A DNA stretch of 64,000 nucleotides from Acidimicrobiia bacterium. GTDB taxonomy: Bacteria > Actinomycetota > Acidimicrobiia > Spongiisociales > UBA11373. The translations under genes and the position numbers were made by a program. Of this stretch, positions 9,781-18,866 are shown one piece after another (position 1 is the first letter of the stretch; each line of letters opens with the position of its first letter). The DNA lies in the NCBI GenBank assembly GCA_040878325.1, contig JBBDMM010000006.1, positions 35,012 to 99,011 on the forward strand, in the 5' to 3' direction. The notes beneath the pieces are model-generated. The model searched no databases, was not told the origin of the DNA, and was given only the letters and a program-made list of their open reading frames with translations.

Positions 9781-10645
9781 GGCCGTAGTCCCGCTCGCGT
9801 CGCTGGAACCAGACGTAGCCGACGACGGGCGTGATCAACGCCCAGGAGAAAGCGCTGATGACGAGCAGGCGGGTCACCGGCATGTCCATCACCGCCCACC
9901 GATACAGCGAGATGTAGTCGAGCAGGGGATTCAGGTTCGCCAGCGCCCGTACGGTCCCATCCTGGACGAATCGCTCGACCAGAAACAGGACTCCCGAGAA
10001 GTAGAAAGCCATCCGGAACAGGAAGTCGAGAATGTTCTCGAAGTCACGGAAGTAGAAGGTGATGCGTGCGGCGATGAAGGCGGCCCCCACCACGAACAGG
10101 GTCTGGAGCCCGAAGATCGGCAGTATCAGGAGCCATCGCAGCGACAGCGTTTCCCCGGTGAGGAGCGCTACTGCCAGCATCACGATTGCCGGGGCCAGGA
10201 ACGCCGCAGCTTCCGACGCGGTGACCGCTATGGGAAGCGTGGCCCTGGGGAAGGCGATCGACTGGATCAGTCCGCGGTTGCTGATCAGAGATCGCGCCGC
10301 ACCGACTATCGACTTGCGCATGTACTGGAAGGCGAAGATGCCGATGGCGAGGAAAGGCAGAAAGTTGCCCACCCCGCGGTCGATCTCCAGTATCAGGCCG
10401 AAGATGATGTAGTAGACGAGCACCTGCCAGGCCGGGTTGAGCAGGTGCCAGACGTTTCCGAGCACCGTGTCCATCTGCTGGCTGTGCAGATTCGACACCG
10501 CCGCAAACATCACGAAGTGGCGGCGAGACCACAGCCGAAGCAGGTCCTCCCGGATCGGTCGGCGCCGCGACGGATCTTGTAGCTCGCCGCCGAGCAACCC
10601 CCCGTCCGATGGCCCGTCCGACGACTGCCCGATCGGTTCGCTCAT
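9773..10645 (-). CDS. ABC-2 type transporter permease (TagG/Wzm-like)
   Basis: Six-helix ABC-2 permease profile. 8-nt overlap with the ATPase gene. Confidence 0.8.
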   Translation of the reverse strand: MSEPIGQSSDGPSDGGLLGGELQDPSRRRPIREDLLRLWSRRHFVMFAAVSNLHSQQMDTVLGNVWHLLNPAWQVLVYYIIFGLILEIDRGVGNFLPFLAIGIFAFQYMRKSIVGAARSLISNRGLIQSIAFPRATLPIAVTASEAAAFLAPAIVMLAVALLTGETLSLRWLLILPIFGLQTLFVVGAAFIAARITFYFRDFENILDFLFRMAFYFSGVLFLVERFVQDGTVRALANLNPLLDYISLYRWAVMDMPVTRLLVISAFSWALITPVVGYVWFQRRERDYGRE

Positions 10646-12169
10646 CTAGCCGAACTCGATGCCCTGGGCGAGCGGCAGGTCGCTGCTCCAGTTGACCGTG
10701 TTGGTCTGGCGACGCATGTACGCCTTCCAGGAGTCCGACCCCGCTTCCCGACCCCCACCGGTCTCCTTCTCACCGCCGAAGGCGCCACCGATCTCGGCGC
10801 CGGAGGTGCCGATGTTGACGTTGGCAATTCCGCAATCCGATCCCTCGGCCGAGAGGAACAACTCCGATGCCCGCAAGCTGTTGGTGAATATGGCCGAAGA
10901 CAAGCCCTGCCGAACCCCGTTGTGGACTGCAATCGCATCGTGAACGTCGGTCGCTTCGATGACGTAGAGGATGGGGGCAAAGGTCTCCTCCTGAACGATC
11001 GGCGCATCGCGGTCGATCTCGATGATGGTCGGCTCCACGAAGTGGCCGTTCAACCCAGGCACTTCGGCCCGGCCCCCACCGTGGAGGACCTTGCCGCCCT
11101 GGTCCTTGGCGATCTCGACGGCCGCCAGCATCTCGTCAACCGCGCCCTTGTTGACCAGCGGACCCATCACCGTCGAGGGGTCGAGGGGGTCGCCGATGCG
11201 CACCTGGGAGTAGGCATCGACAAGGCGTTTGATGACGTCGCCCTTGATCCCTGACTCGACGATCATCCGCCGGATCGAGGTGCACCGCTGCCCGGCGGTA
11301 CCGACTGCCCCGAACAACACCGCCCTGGTCACCAGCCCCGGGTCGGCGTCTTCGAGCACGACCACCGCATTGTTCCCCCCCAACTCGAGTAGCGACCTCC
11401 CGAGACGCTTGGCGACCGCGATTCCCACCTTCTCGCCCATGTTGCACGATCCGGTAGCCGAGATCAGCGGGATCCGTCGGTCGTTGATGAGCAAGTCGCC
11501 GACCTCGCTCCCCTTGCCGACCGCGAGGTTGAAGACGCCTTCGTAACCGGAGCCGGCCATGACCTCATCACAGATTCGGGTGACGGCGATCGCCGTCAGC
11601 GGGGTATGCGACGACGGCTTCCAGATCATCGTGTCGCCGCACACCGCAGCGACGAAGGCGTTCCACGACCACACCGCCACCGGGAAATTGAAGGCCGAGA
11701 TCACGCCGATCGGGCCGAGCGGGTGCCACTGCTCGAACATCCGATGGCGTGGCCGCTCCGACGCCATGGTCAGCCCGTAGAGCTGCCGCGAAAGGCCGAC
11801 GGCGAGGTCGGCCATGTCGATCATCTCCTGCACCTCGCCCTCACCCTCGGCGCGGATCTTCCCCATCTCCAGGGAAACCAGCGCAGCCAGGTGCTCCTTC
11901 TTGTGGCGGAGGGCGTTGCCAATCAGGCGCACGTACTCACCGCGCTTGGGAGCAGGCAGCATCCGCCAGCGCAGGAACGTCTCCTGGGCCGACGCAACGA
12001 TCTGGTCGTAGTCGGCGGCCGAGGTCTGCACGACGGTGGCGATCTCGGTGGCCGTCGTCGGGTTCTCGACCGACAGGTCGGTGCCGGACGGAGCGATCCA
12101 CCCGCCGGCGTACCCACCCGGATTGCTGTCGCCCAAACCGAGGGCGGCGAAGATCTCGTCTCTCGTCAC
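10646..12169 (-). CDS. piperideine-6-carboxylate / alpha-aminoadipic semialdehyde dehydrogenase (ALDH7 family)
   Basis: Near full-length collinearity with ALDH7/antiquitin signatures (GEYVRLIG..., [48 protein letters not shown]-like). Confidence 0.9.
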   Translation of the reverse strand: [507 protein letters not shown]

Positions 12170-12180
12170 AGGAACTCCAA

Positions 12181-12561
12181 TCAGCGTGCGGCGATTACTT
12201 CGATCTCGACCTGGAAGCCGGCAGGGAGGGCGCCCACTTGGAAAGTCGAGCGAGCAGGGGGTTCTTCGCCGATGAATCGGACATACACCTCGTTCACCGC
12301 GGCGAAGTCGGCAATGTCGGCCAGGAATATCGTCGTCTTCACGATGTCGGCGAATCCAAGCCCGACGTCACCGAGGATCGCGCCGATGTTCTGCAGTACC
12401 TGCTCGGTTTCCGCGACGACGCCACCCTCGACCCGGTCGGTCGTGCCGTGCATGAAAGCGACCTGACCCGAGACGAACACGAACCCATTCGCCTCGGTGG
12501 CGATCGAGTACGCCCCGATTGCCTTGGGACCGCTGGTGATGTCGAGGATCTTCTTGGGCAT
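12181..12561 (-). CDS. RidA/YjgF family reactive-intermediate deaminase
   Basis: 126 aa with PKAIGAYS...ANGFVFVSGQ and C-terminal TTIFL..DIADFAAVNEVY signature. Confidence 0.85.
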   Translation of the reverse strand: MPKKILDITSGPKAIGAYSIATEANGFVFVSGQVAFMHGTTDRVEGGVVAETEQVLQNIGAILGDVGLGFADIVKTTIFLADIADFAAVNEVYVRFIGEEPPARSTFQVGALPAGFQVEIEVIAAR

Positions 12562-12660
12562 GGTGGGCTCTCCGGGATCGTGTCGGGAACTGAAGCGTAG
12601 ACCGCGGCAAAATGATCGACCCCAGCGTGCGGCAAAGTCGACAGGGCCCGATCCGACGAC

Positions 12661-13053
12661 TCAGGGGCCAAGCAGATCCCAGCGGTTCCCGCAGATGTCG
12701 ACGAAGACGGCCACCCGACCGTAATCCTCAGTGCGGGGTGAGGTCACGAATTCCACCCCTTCGGCAACCATTCGATCGTACGTCGCCCCGAAGTCCTCGA
12801 CTCTGAGAAAAAAGCCAACTCGTCCGGCGACCTGCCCTCCCACCACGCGTCGTTGATGGTCACCGTCCGCACGAGCAAGCAGCAGACCTGTCTGGCCTCC
12901 GGCAGGTCGCACAACAACCCACCGTTTCGGTCGACCGTCGTTGGTAACGGAGGGCGAATCCTCCACTAGTTCGAAGTTGAGCACACTCACGAAGAACTCG
13001 ATCGCAGGGTCGTAGTCGTCAACGACGATCGTGGCGAGATCCAAGAACGACAT
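12661..13053 (-). CDS. VOC (glyoxalase/bleomycin-resistance) family protein
   Basis: 130 aa, beta-alpha-beta-beta-beta pattern with RVEDF...Y. Confidence 0.65.
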   Translation of the reverse strand: MSFLDLATIVVDDYDPAIEFFVSVLNFELVEDSPSVTNDGRPKRWVVVRPAGGQTGLLLARADGDHQRRVVGGQVAGRVGFFLRVEDFGATYDRMVAEGVEFVTSPRTEDYGRVAVFVDICGNRWDLLGP

Positions 13054-13279
13054 CGACGCAGTCTGCCACTACGCATACGAGCTCGTCGGCGTGATCACCG
13101 CCAAACCTAGGGCCGATCGTCGCACCTGGCATCAACACGGTCCCCAATCCTGAGACATTCAGACTCCCGGCGGACTTCCCGTTCGGATCTGTCTGAAACT
13201 GGGACCTCGCAGGCATTGGTGCTGTCCCTCGGCCAGCGTGGGGAAATATCATCAGTGCAGTCTGCGATAACCTCACCTC

Positions 13280-13657
13280 GTGCAACCTCACCTAGGTGCC
13301 CTGGTGTTGTTCACATCTGATCTCGAACGCACCCTCGCCTTCTACAGATGCATCGGCCTACCCCTGGAGGTCGATGATCATCAGGATGACGCAGGTCCCC
13401 TCCACTACGCCTGCGAGATTCAGGGCGTTCATTTCGCGCTCGTACCGGGCCTTGAGGACGGCCCAGCCCGCGGGTTTCGCACTTCAGGCTCTTCGTTTCC
13501 GGGCTTTGCCGTCAAGTCTGTAGGCGAGGTTGTCGAGGCCTTACGAGCAGGAGGAGCACGAGTGATCCAGGAACCGGCGCAGTATCCATGGGGACTCCGA
13601 GCCGTCGTGCAGGATCCCGACGGGCGCGCCATCGAGGTCTACACGCCTAGGTCCTGA
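13280..13657 (+). CDS. VOC family protein
   Basis: LVLFTSDLERTLAFYR...GVHFAL...RDPDGRAIEVY is a glyoxalase-fold pattern. GTG start. Confidence 0.7.
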   Translation: MQPHLGALVLFTSDLERTLAFYRCIGLPLEVDDHQDDAGPLHYACEIQGVHFALVPGLEDGPARGFRTSGSSFPGFAVKSVGEVVEALRAGGARVIQEPAQYPWGLRAVVQDPDGRAIEVYTPRS

Positions 13658-13754
13658 CCAAGAGACCGTCGAGGCTGGAATCTTCCCCTCGGCGGTCTTC
13701 ATCGAGTCCCGACTGCGTGCACTCGATGCGGACCCGACCTGCCACCGCGTCGGT

Positions 13755-14216
13755 CTATCGCTGGACTCGGAGGGCCTCTCGGACGCGCTCGATGACGGCC
13801 CTGATCGCTACCTCGCTCCCGCGCAGCGCGTCTGGCCACTCCCTGACCCTCAGCCCCCAGAACTCGCGGGGTGTGAAGGGATAGCGCGGAATCAGGTGAA
13901 CGTGCAGGTGGGGGACCTCGTCGCCGATGGTGACCGTATACACGTGTTCCGCGCCCTCCGAATGTCGGAGGGCGGCAGCAACACTGTTGATGGTCTTGCC
14001 GAGCGCGGCCGCCTCGTCGTCTCCGAGTTGGCCCCATCCAGCCACGTGCCGCTTGGGCTCGACGATCAGGTAGCCGAGGTACACATCCTCGAGGGCTGGC
14101 GGAAGGATGTGGCCCACGAAGACCAGACCATCTTCGAACGCCACGCCACCGGGAGCGGCCGCGCCCTGTCGATGCTTCTCGCAGACCAAACAGCCGTTGT
14201 CCGTTGGAGAGTCCAC
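13755..14216 (-). CDS. HIT family hydrolase
   Basis: Histidine triad HLHVHLIPR near the C-terminus. CxxC zinc motif CLVC at the N-terminus. Confidence 0.8.
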   Translation of the reverse strand: MDSPTDNGCLVCEKHRQGAAAPGGVAFEDGLVFVGHILPPALEDVYLGYLIVEPKRHVAGWGQLGDDEAAALGKTINSVAAALRHSEGAEHVYTVTIGDEVPHLHVHLIPRYPFTPREFWGLRVREWPDALRGSEVAIRAVIERVREALRVQR

Positions 14217-14329
14217 TCTGGTTCAAATCGTCGCAGACATCGGAGCGAACTGTCGACCAGGAGACAAGGTGCTCCCTTCGGCCAGCGTCCGTAAATGTCA
14301 CCCGAGCCCCGTGTGCCCGCCGCGATTCG

Positions 14330-14770
14330 CTAGTCGACGGCAATCACGAACGCGGCTCCGAGCGCGAGGACCACGGTCACGCCAGCGGGCCACAGGTGTG
14401 CCGACTTCGAGTACGGCAAGGGCGGCTTGAGCCGTGTCTGTGGCAGACCGAGATGGGCTCGCACTGCATTGTCAAGTGCGACACCACGATCGCGATTCAC
14501 TCGGGCTGTTTCGTGCCTAACTGAGTGAGTCCACAGCCACCACAGGTGACCGGCTGCAAACAGCCCTGCTCCGACAAACAGCAAGGCAACTTGGCCTGGT
14601 GTCGGGCTTAGGTCGCGTCCGGCGTTCGCCACAACGGCGAAGGAGGCCCAGACCGCCAGTGAGACACGCCATTCGATGTCGCGGCGCGCGAAGAACCGCT
14701 CCATCTCTTGTTGCTTCAGCCGAAGGGCTGCATCGACGCTTCGGCCAATATCCGCGCTGATCCCTTTCAC
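14330..14770 (-). CDS. hypothetical membrane protein
   Basis: Hydrophobic helices (VSLAVWASFAVVANA; ALLFVGAGLFAAGHLWWLW). Sits in a lower-GC patch. Confidence 0.35.
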   Translation of the reverse strand: MKGISADIGRSVDAALRLKQQEMERFFARRDIEWRVSLAVWASFAVVANAGRDLSPTPGQVALLFVGAGLFAAGHLWWLWTHSVRHETARVNRDRGVALDNAVRAHLGLPQTRLKPPLPYSKSAHLWPAGVTVVLALGAAFVIAVD

Positions 14771-14877
14771 GAACCACTCCCTTGCTTCCGACGATCATGG
14801 CACCCTCGCATCGCTCTCTGCTGAAAGGTCCTCGTTACGGCAGCGCCCCCTCGGAAAGGGCATGGCGCAACTCACAT

Positions 14878-14917
14878 CTCGCTCCCACCTCCCACCTCCC
14901 GCCTCCCGCCTCCCGCG
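14878..14917. repeat. (CTCCCRC)x5 heptamer tandem repeat, intergenic
   Basis: ctcccacctcccacctcccgcctcccgcctcccgcg. Confidence 0.8.
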
Positions 14918-15034
14918 AGTGAAGACGCCAACGACGACCGGGACGCGTTCTGTCGTATTGCGAATTGCGAACCGCGGGTCGAGCGCATCGAGGACCCCGA
15001 ATTGCTGGCGACTGATTGCGGTATGGTCCCGCCC

Positions 15035-15883
15035 ATGGACCCGGTTCGGCGTTCCGCTCGGCCAGCACTCCGCAGCCCGCGAGCACTGCTGGCATGGGAA
15101 GGGTGGAACGACGCCGCCGATGCCGCCTCGGGAGCGGCCTCCTTCCTCCTCGGCCAGTTCGACGACGTCGAACCCTTTGCCACCATCGAACCCGAGGAGT
15201 TCTACGACTTTCAGGTACGCCGTCCGCAGGTCGAGGTCAGTGAAGGCGGTACCCGCCGCCTCGCCTGGCCGACGACCCGGGCGTATTCGCTCGAGATGGA
15301 TCAGGGCGAGCACGACGCCATCGTCGTGGTCGGCGAAGAGCCCAGCCTGAGGTGGAAGACATACACCAGGTCGATCGGCCGCCTGCTCGCCGATGCCGAC
15401 GCCGAGATGGTGGTGACGCTCGGGGCATTCATCGGGCAGGTCGCCCACACTCGCCCTGTCCCCCTCATCGGAGTGGCGACCGACCCGGCGCTCGTCGACC
15501 GTTATGGCCTGATCGCCTCGCGGTACGAAGGCCCCACCGGAATCATCGGGGTGATGCTCGAGGCCTGCCGGGAGATCGGCATCCCCGCCGTGAGCGTGTG
15601 GGCGGCAATCCCCCACTACCTGGCGGCGAATCCCAACCCGAAAGCGATGCTCGCCCTGCTCGGCAAGGCCTCGGAGATCATGGACATCCCATTCGACACC
15701 TCGGAACTCGAGGCCGTGTCGAGCGACTTCGAGGAGAAGGTCGATGAGGCAATGGCTGAGAACACCGAGTTCGTCGACTACGTGAACCGCCTGGAAGGCC
15801 AGGACGAAGACGCCGCCCCGATCGACCCCACCCGAAGCGACCACCTGATCTCGGAGATCGAGGACTTCCTGAAAGAGCGCTGA
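15035..15883 (+). CDS. PAC2 family protein
   Basis: Collinear with actinobacterial PAC2-family (proteasome assembly chaperone 2-like) proteins. Acidic C-terminus. Confidence 0.65.
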   Translation: MDPVRRSARPALRSPRALLAWEGWNDAADAASGAASFLLGQFDDVEPFATIEPEEFYDFQVRRPQVEVSEGGTRRLAWPTTRAYSLEMDQGEHDAIVVVGEEPSLRWKTYTRSIGRLLADADAEMVVTLGAFIGQVAHTRPVPLIGVATDPALVDRYGLIASRYEGPTGIIGVMLEACREIGIPAVSVWAAIPHYLAANPNPKAMLALLGKASEIMDIPFDTSELEAVSSDFEEKVDEAMAENTEFVDYVNRLEGQDEDAAPIDPTRSDHLISEIEDFLKER

Positions 15884-15931
15884 TCGCTCGATGCCCCCTA
15901 CCATGCCCGGCCGCAACACCCTGGAGGAACC

Positions 15932-16495
15932 GTGAAACTCCGCCTCTCAGCTCTCATCTGTTGCATCGCCCTTCTCGCCGCCGCCTGCGGCGATGACGAT
16001 GCCACCGTGACTACGACCACCTCCGGTGGCGACATCGGGCCCATGGTCAGGTTCGGCAGCGGGGATCACCCGTTCTCGATCTCGTTCCCGGAGGACTGGG
16101 ACAACGAGCGTGACAGCTTCGGTGCGGTCATCATCGTGTTCTCACCGCTGGCGGGGGACGACGACCAGTTCTCCGAGAATGTCAACGTCGTGGTCGAAGA
16201 CCTTGCCGGCGCCGATCTGGACCTCGACGGGTATTTGGAGCTCGCGACCGAGCAACTGATCGACTTCATCCCCGACATCGATTTCGTGGAGCGTTTCACC
16301 GATCAGATGGACGAACAGCCGTCATGGGTGGTCGTGTACACCGGCTCTCAAGACGGCATCGAGTACAAGTGGATGCAGGAGATCGCCCTGTTCGAGGGCA
16401 GCGCCTACATCATCACCTACACCGGCGAGGCCGAGTTCGACACCTACCGCGCCCACGCTACGGCGATCTTCGACTCGTTCGACTTCGACGATTAG
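15932..16495 (+). CDS. putative secreted lipoprotein (hypothetical, acidic)
   Basis: MKLRLSALICCIALLAAACG is a lipobox signal. Asp/Glu-rich mature part. Confidence 0.6.
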   Translation: MKLRLSALICCIALLAAACGDDDATVTTTTSGGDIGPMVRFGSGDHPFSISFPEDWDNERDSFGAVIIVFSPLAGDDDQFSENVNVVVEDLAGADLDLDGYLELATEQLIDFIPDIDFVERFTDQMDEQPSWVVVYTGSQDGIEYKWMQEIALFEGSAYIITYTGEAEFDTYRAHATAIFDSFDFDD

Positions 16496-16505
16496 CCGCG
16501 GAGCG

Positions 16506-17246
16506 TCAGGGAGCGGAGGAATCCGTTTCCCGGCTGGACCGATATCGAGCTGCGCCGGCCACGGCGTCGCGCAGGACGCCGTGGCCAAAGCGGTTCTCGG
16601 ACGCCAAACCTGTGGTGATGGAGAGCCCGACCGCGGCGTAGACGGAGGCCCGATCGCTCCTCACCGTTGCCTGCGGGAAGGCCGCGATCATCTCTGCCAG
16701 GTCGAGAGTGGCCGCCAGCTCGGCGTCGGGGCTCACCACTCGATCCACCAGCCCGATCCGATGAGCTTCGGCCGCGTCGATCGGACGCCCGGTGAGAATC
16801 AGGTCGAGCGCCCGCGACAGGCCCACGACGAGAGGCAACCGCACGGTCCCGCCGTCCACCAGCGGAACGCCGAACCGCCGCTCGAAACACCCGAACACCG
16901 CGTCCTCACCAGCCACCCGCAGGTCGCACCAGAGTGCCAACTCGAGACCGCCGGCAACGCAATGCCCGGCGATCGACGCGATGGTCGGCTTGGTGACCTG
17001 GAGGCGCGACATCCCCAACCATCCACCTGGACCGTCGGCCAGGTCCATCGCCTTGAGGTCCGCGCCCGAGCAGAAGGTGCCGCCCGCCCCGGTGAGAATC
17101 CCCACGACCGCCTCGGCGTCGCTCTCGAAGCGCTGCCATGCACCCGCCAACTCGATCGCCGTCGCCCGGTCGACCGCATTGCGGGTCTTGGGGTTCGAGA
17201 TCGTTATGACCGCAGCGTTGCCGATGTTTTCGTAGTGAACGGGCAT
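16506..17246 (-). CDS. enoyl-CoA hydratase/isomerase (crotonase) family protein
   Basis: Crotonase fold signatures ITISNP...RNA, GAGGTFCSGADL, CVAGGLELALWCD. Confidence 0.85.
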   Translation of the reverse strand: MPVHYENIGNAAVITISNPKTRNAVDRATAIELAGAWQRFESDAEAVVGILTGAGGTFCSGADLKAMDLADGPGGWLGMSRLQVTKPTIASIAGHCVAGGLELALWCDLRVAGEDAVFGCFERRFGVPLVDGGTVRLPLVVGLSRALDLILTGRPIDAAEAHRIGLVDRVVSPDAELAATLDLAEMIAAFPQATVRSDRASVYAAVGLSITTGLASENRFGHGVLRDAVAGAARYRSSRETDSSAP

Positions 17247-17280
17247 GGCCGCGATGGTGGTTCATCGGCACCACGTGCGC

Positions 17281-17400
17281 AATTGCTCTGGGCCGGAGCC
17301 GGATCTGGGTGGGGCCGGAGGAGGAGCAGGAGCCGAATCTGGCTGGAGCCGGAGCTGGCTAGCGCTTGCTGGGGCTGGGGCGGTAGCCGGAGCTGTCTTC
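17281..17400. repeat. intergenic GGAGCCG-rich repeat patch with two copies of ggagccgRatctgg
   Basis: gggccggagccggatctgggtggggccggaggaggagcaggagccgaatctggctggagccggagctggct. Confidence 0.6.
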
Positions 17401-18522
17401 CAGCACGTTCAGGAGCCGATCGATGTCGGCCTCGTCGTTGTAGAGGTGTGGAGCCACCCGCATCGCGTTGGCCCGAAGGCTCACGAACACGCCATTCTCG
17501 GAGAGCCGCTGTCGCAGGCCCACCGGTTCTCCGGCAGGAAATCGGACACCGATGAGATGTGGAACCCGATCCGCCGCGGCGACCGGCTCGAGTCCCAGTC
17601 GGCGTGCCCCCTCCTCGACCCGAGCGGTCAATGGTGCCAACGCCGCGGACACTCGTTCGGGCCGCCACCCGGCGATCAACTCCAGAGCAGCCGACGCCAT
17701 CGGAAGCAGCACAAAGTTGCTCCATTCACCGGCGTCATACCGACGGGCACCGTCGCGCAGCTCGTCGGTGTAGTCGACGAGTCGGTTGAAGTCGTCCGAG
17801 CCCTTCCGCCCCGTCCAGGTCGACTCGATGCCGCGCCCTCCACGATGCTGCTCCGCTACCCACATGTAGCCGAAGGCGTAAGGCCCCATCTGCCACTTGT
17901 AGCCCACGGTCACCAGAAAGTCGGGCCGGATCACCGAGACGTCGATCGGTAGGGCCCCGACGGATTGGGACATATCGAGGACGAGCGCGGCCCCCACCGA
18001 ACGGGCTGCCGACCCAACGGCCTCGAGGTCGACCGCACTGCCATCGGTCCAATGGCAGGCCTGGGCGACCACCACCGCGGTGCGCTTGTCGATCGCGTCG
18101 AGAAATGCCGCTGTCCTCGAACCGCTCCGAGGAACCACGACGATCTCCCCGCCCTCGGCGGCCGTCTTCTCCCGCCACGGGTACACGTCGGAGGGGAACT
18201 CGTCCTCGACCATCACCACGGTGCGACCCGGGCCCACCGCGAGATTGCGAGCGGCGACGCCAACGCCGTACGAAGCCGACGGGACGAACGCCACCCCGTC
18301 GGCGTCGCCACCGATCAGCTCGGCGAACTGCTGCCTGAGGCGCTCACCCGGTTCAAAGAAGTCGACCGGGGTGACGTGCCAGGGGAACGCGGCCGACTCG
18401 AGGGCGCGTCGACCCGCCTCGCGCACCGGATGCGGCATCGGAGGAAAGTACGCGCAGTTGAGGTAGGTGACGTCCCCAGGGATGTCGAACAGGTGGCGTT
18501 GCGACGAGAGCGGTTCGTCCAC
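17359..18522 (-). CDS. class V aminotransferase-fold PLP-dependent enzyme
   Basis: About 387 aa with YLNCAYF...fold-type I pattern, similar to cysteine desulfurase / isopenicillin-N epimerase-like family. Confidence 0.75.
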   Translation of the reverse strand: MDEPLSSQRHLFDIPGDVTYLNCAYFPPMPHPVREAGRRALESAAFPWHVTPVDFFEPGERLRQQFAELIGGDADGVAFVPSASYGVGVAARNLAVGPGRTVVMVEDEFPSDVYPWREKTAAEGGEIVVVPRSGSRTAAFLDAIDKRTAVVVAQACHWTDGSAVDLEAVGSAARSVGAALVLDMSQSVGALPIDVSVIRPDFLVTVGYKWQMGPYAFGYMWVAEQHRGGRGIESTWTGRKGSDDFNRLVDYTDELRDGARRYDAGEWSNFVLLPMASAALELIAGWRPERVSAALAPLTARVEEGARRLGLEPVAAADRVPHLIGVRFPAGEPVGLRQRLSENGVFVSLRANAMRVAPHLYNDEADIDRLLNVLEDSSGYRPSPSKR

Positions 18523-18532
18523 CGGCCGGGAG

Positions 18533-18625
18533 CTACTTCTTACGCTTGTGACGATTGGCGCGCAAGCGCTTGCGGTACTTGTGCTTGCTCATCTTCTTGC
18601 GCCGCTTCTTGACCAGAGAACCCAT
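18533..18625 (-). CDS. ribosomal protein bS22 (actinobacterial 30-aa highly basic protein, AURKAIP1/COX24 domain family)
   Basis: Minus-strand translation MGSLVKKRRKKMSKHKYRKRLRANRHKRKK* matches the MGSVIKKRRKRM...KHRKLL signature of actinobacterial bS22. Not in the ORF track because it is under 60 aa. Confidence 0.8.
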   Translation of the reverse strand: MGSLVKKRRKKMSKHKYRKRLRANRHKRKK

Positions 18626-18670
18626 GGAATCTTTCGTGTGAGTCGGCCGCGTAGGTTGGTAGGTAGAACC

Positions 18671-18840
18671 GCGATTCGCAATTCGGGAGGGGGCCTCGCT
18701 CCCGCTCGGCCCGCGATTGGCGATTGGCGATTGGCGATTGGCGATTAGCCAAAACGCGTGGTGGCAGGTCGCGCGCGTCTTGTCTTGCGGAAGGCGGATG
18801 GCGGACGGCGGACGGCCTTCCTGCTGGAGGCTGGAGGCGG
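18671..18840. repeat. composite intergenic repeat patch: cgcgattcgcaattcgg, (GCGATTG)x5, (GGCGGAY)x3, (GCTGGAG)x2
   Basis: cgcgattggcgattggcgattggcgattggcgattagcc ... ggcggatggcggacggcggacggcc ... ctgctggaggctggaggcgg. Confidence 0.85.
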
Positions 18841-18866
18841 GTGGCCGGCGCTAGCCTCTAGCGCCT

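Noticed and set aside
9758-10582. 274-aa ORF antisense to the ABC-2 permease
   Set aside because: Asp/Glu/Arg-rich low-complexity translation opposite a well-supported membrane protein.
18540-18752. 70-aa ORF MANRQSPIANRQS... on the minus strand
   Set aside because: Its repetitive N-terminus is simply the translation of the (GCGATTG)n array. Its far end overlaps the genuine bS22 gene in another frame.
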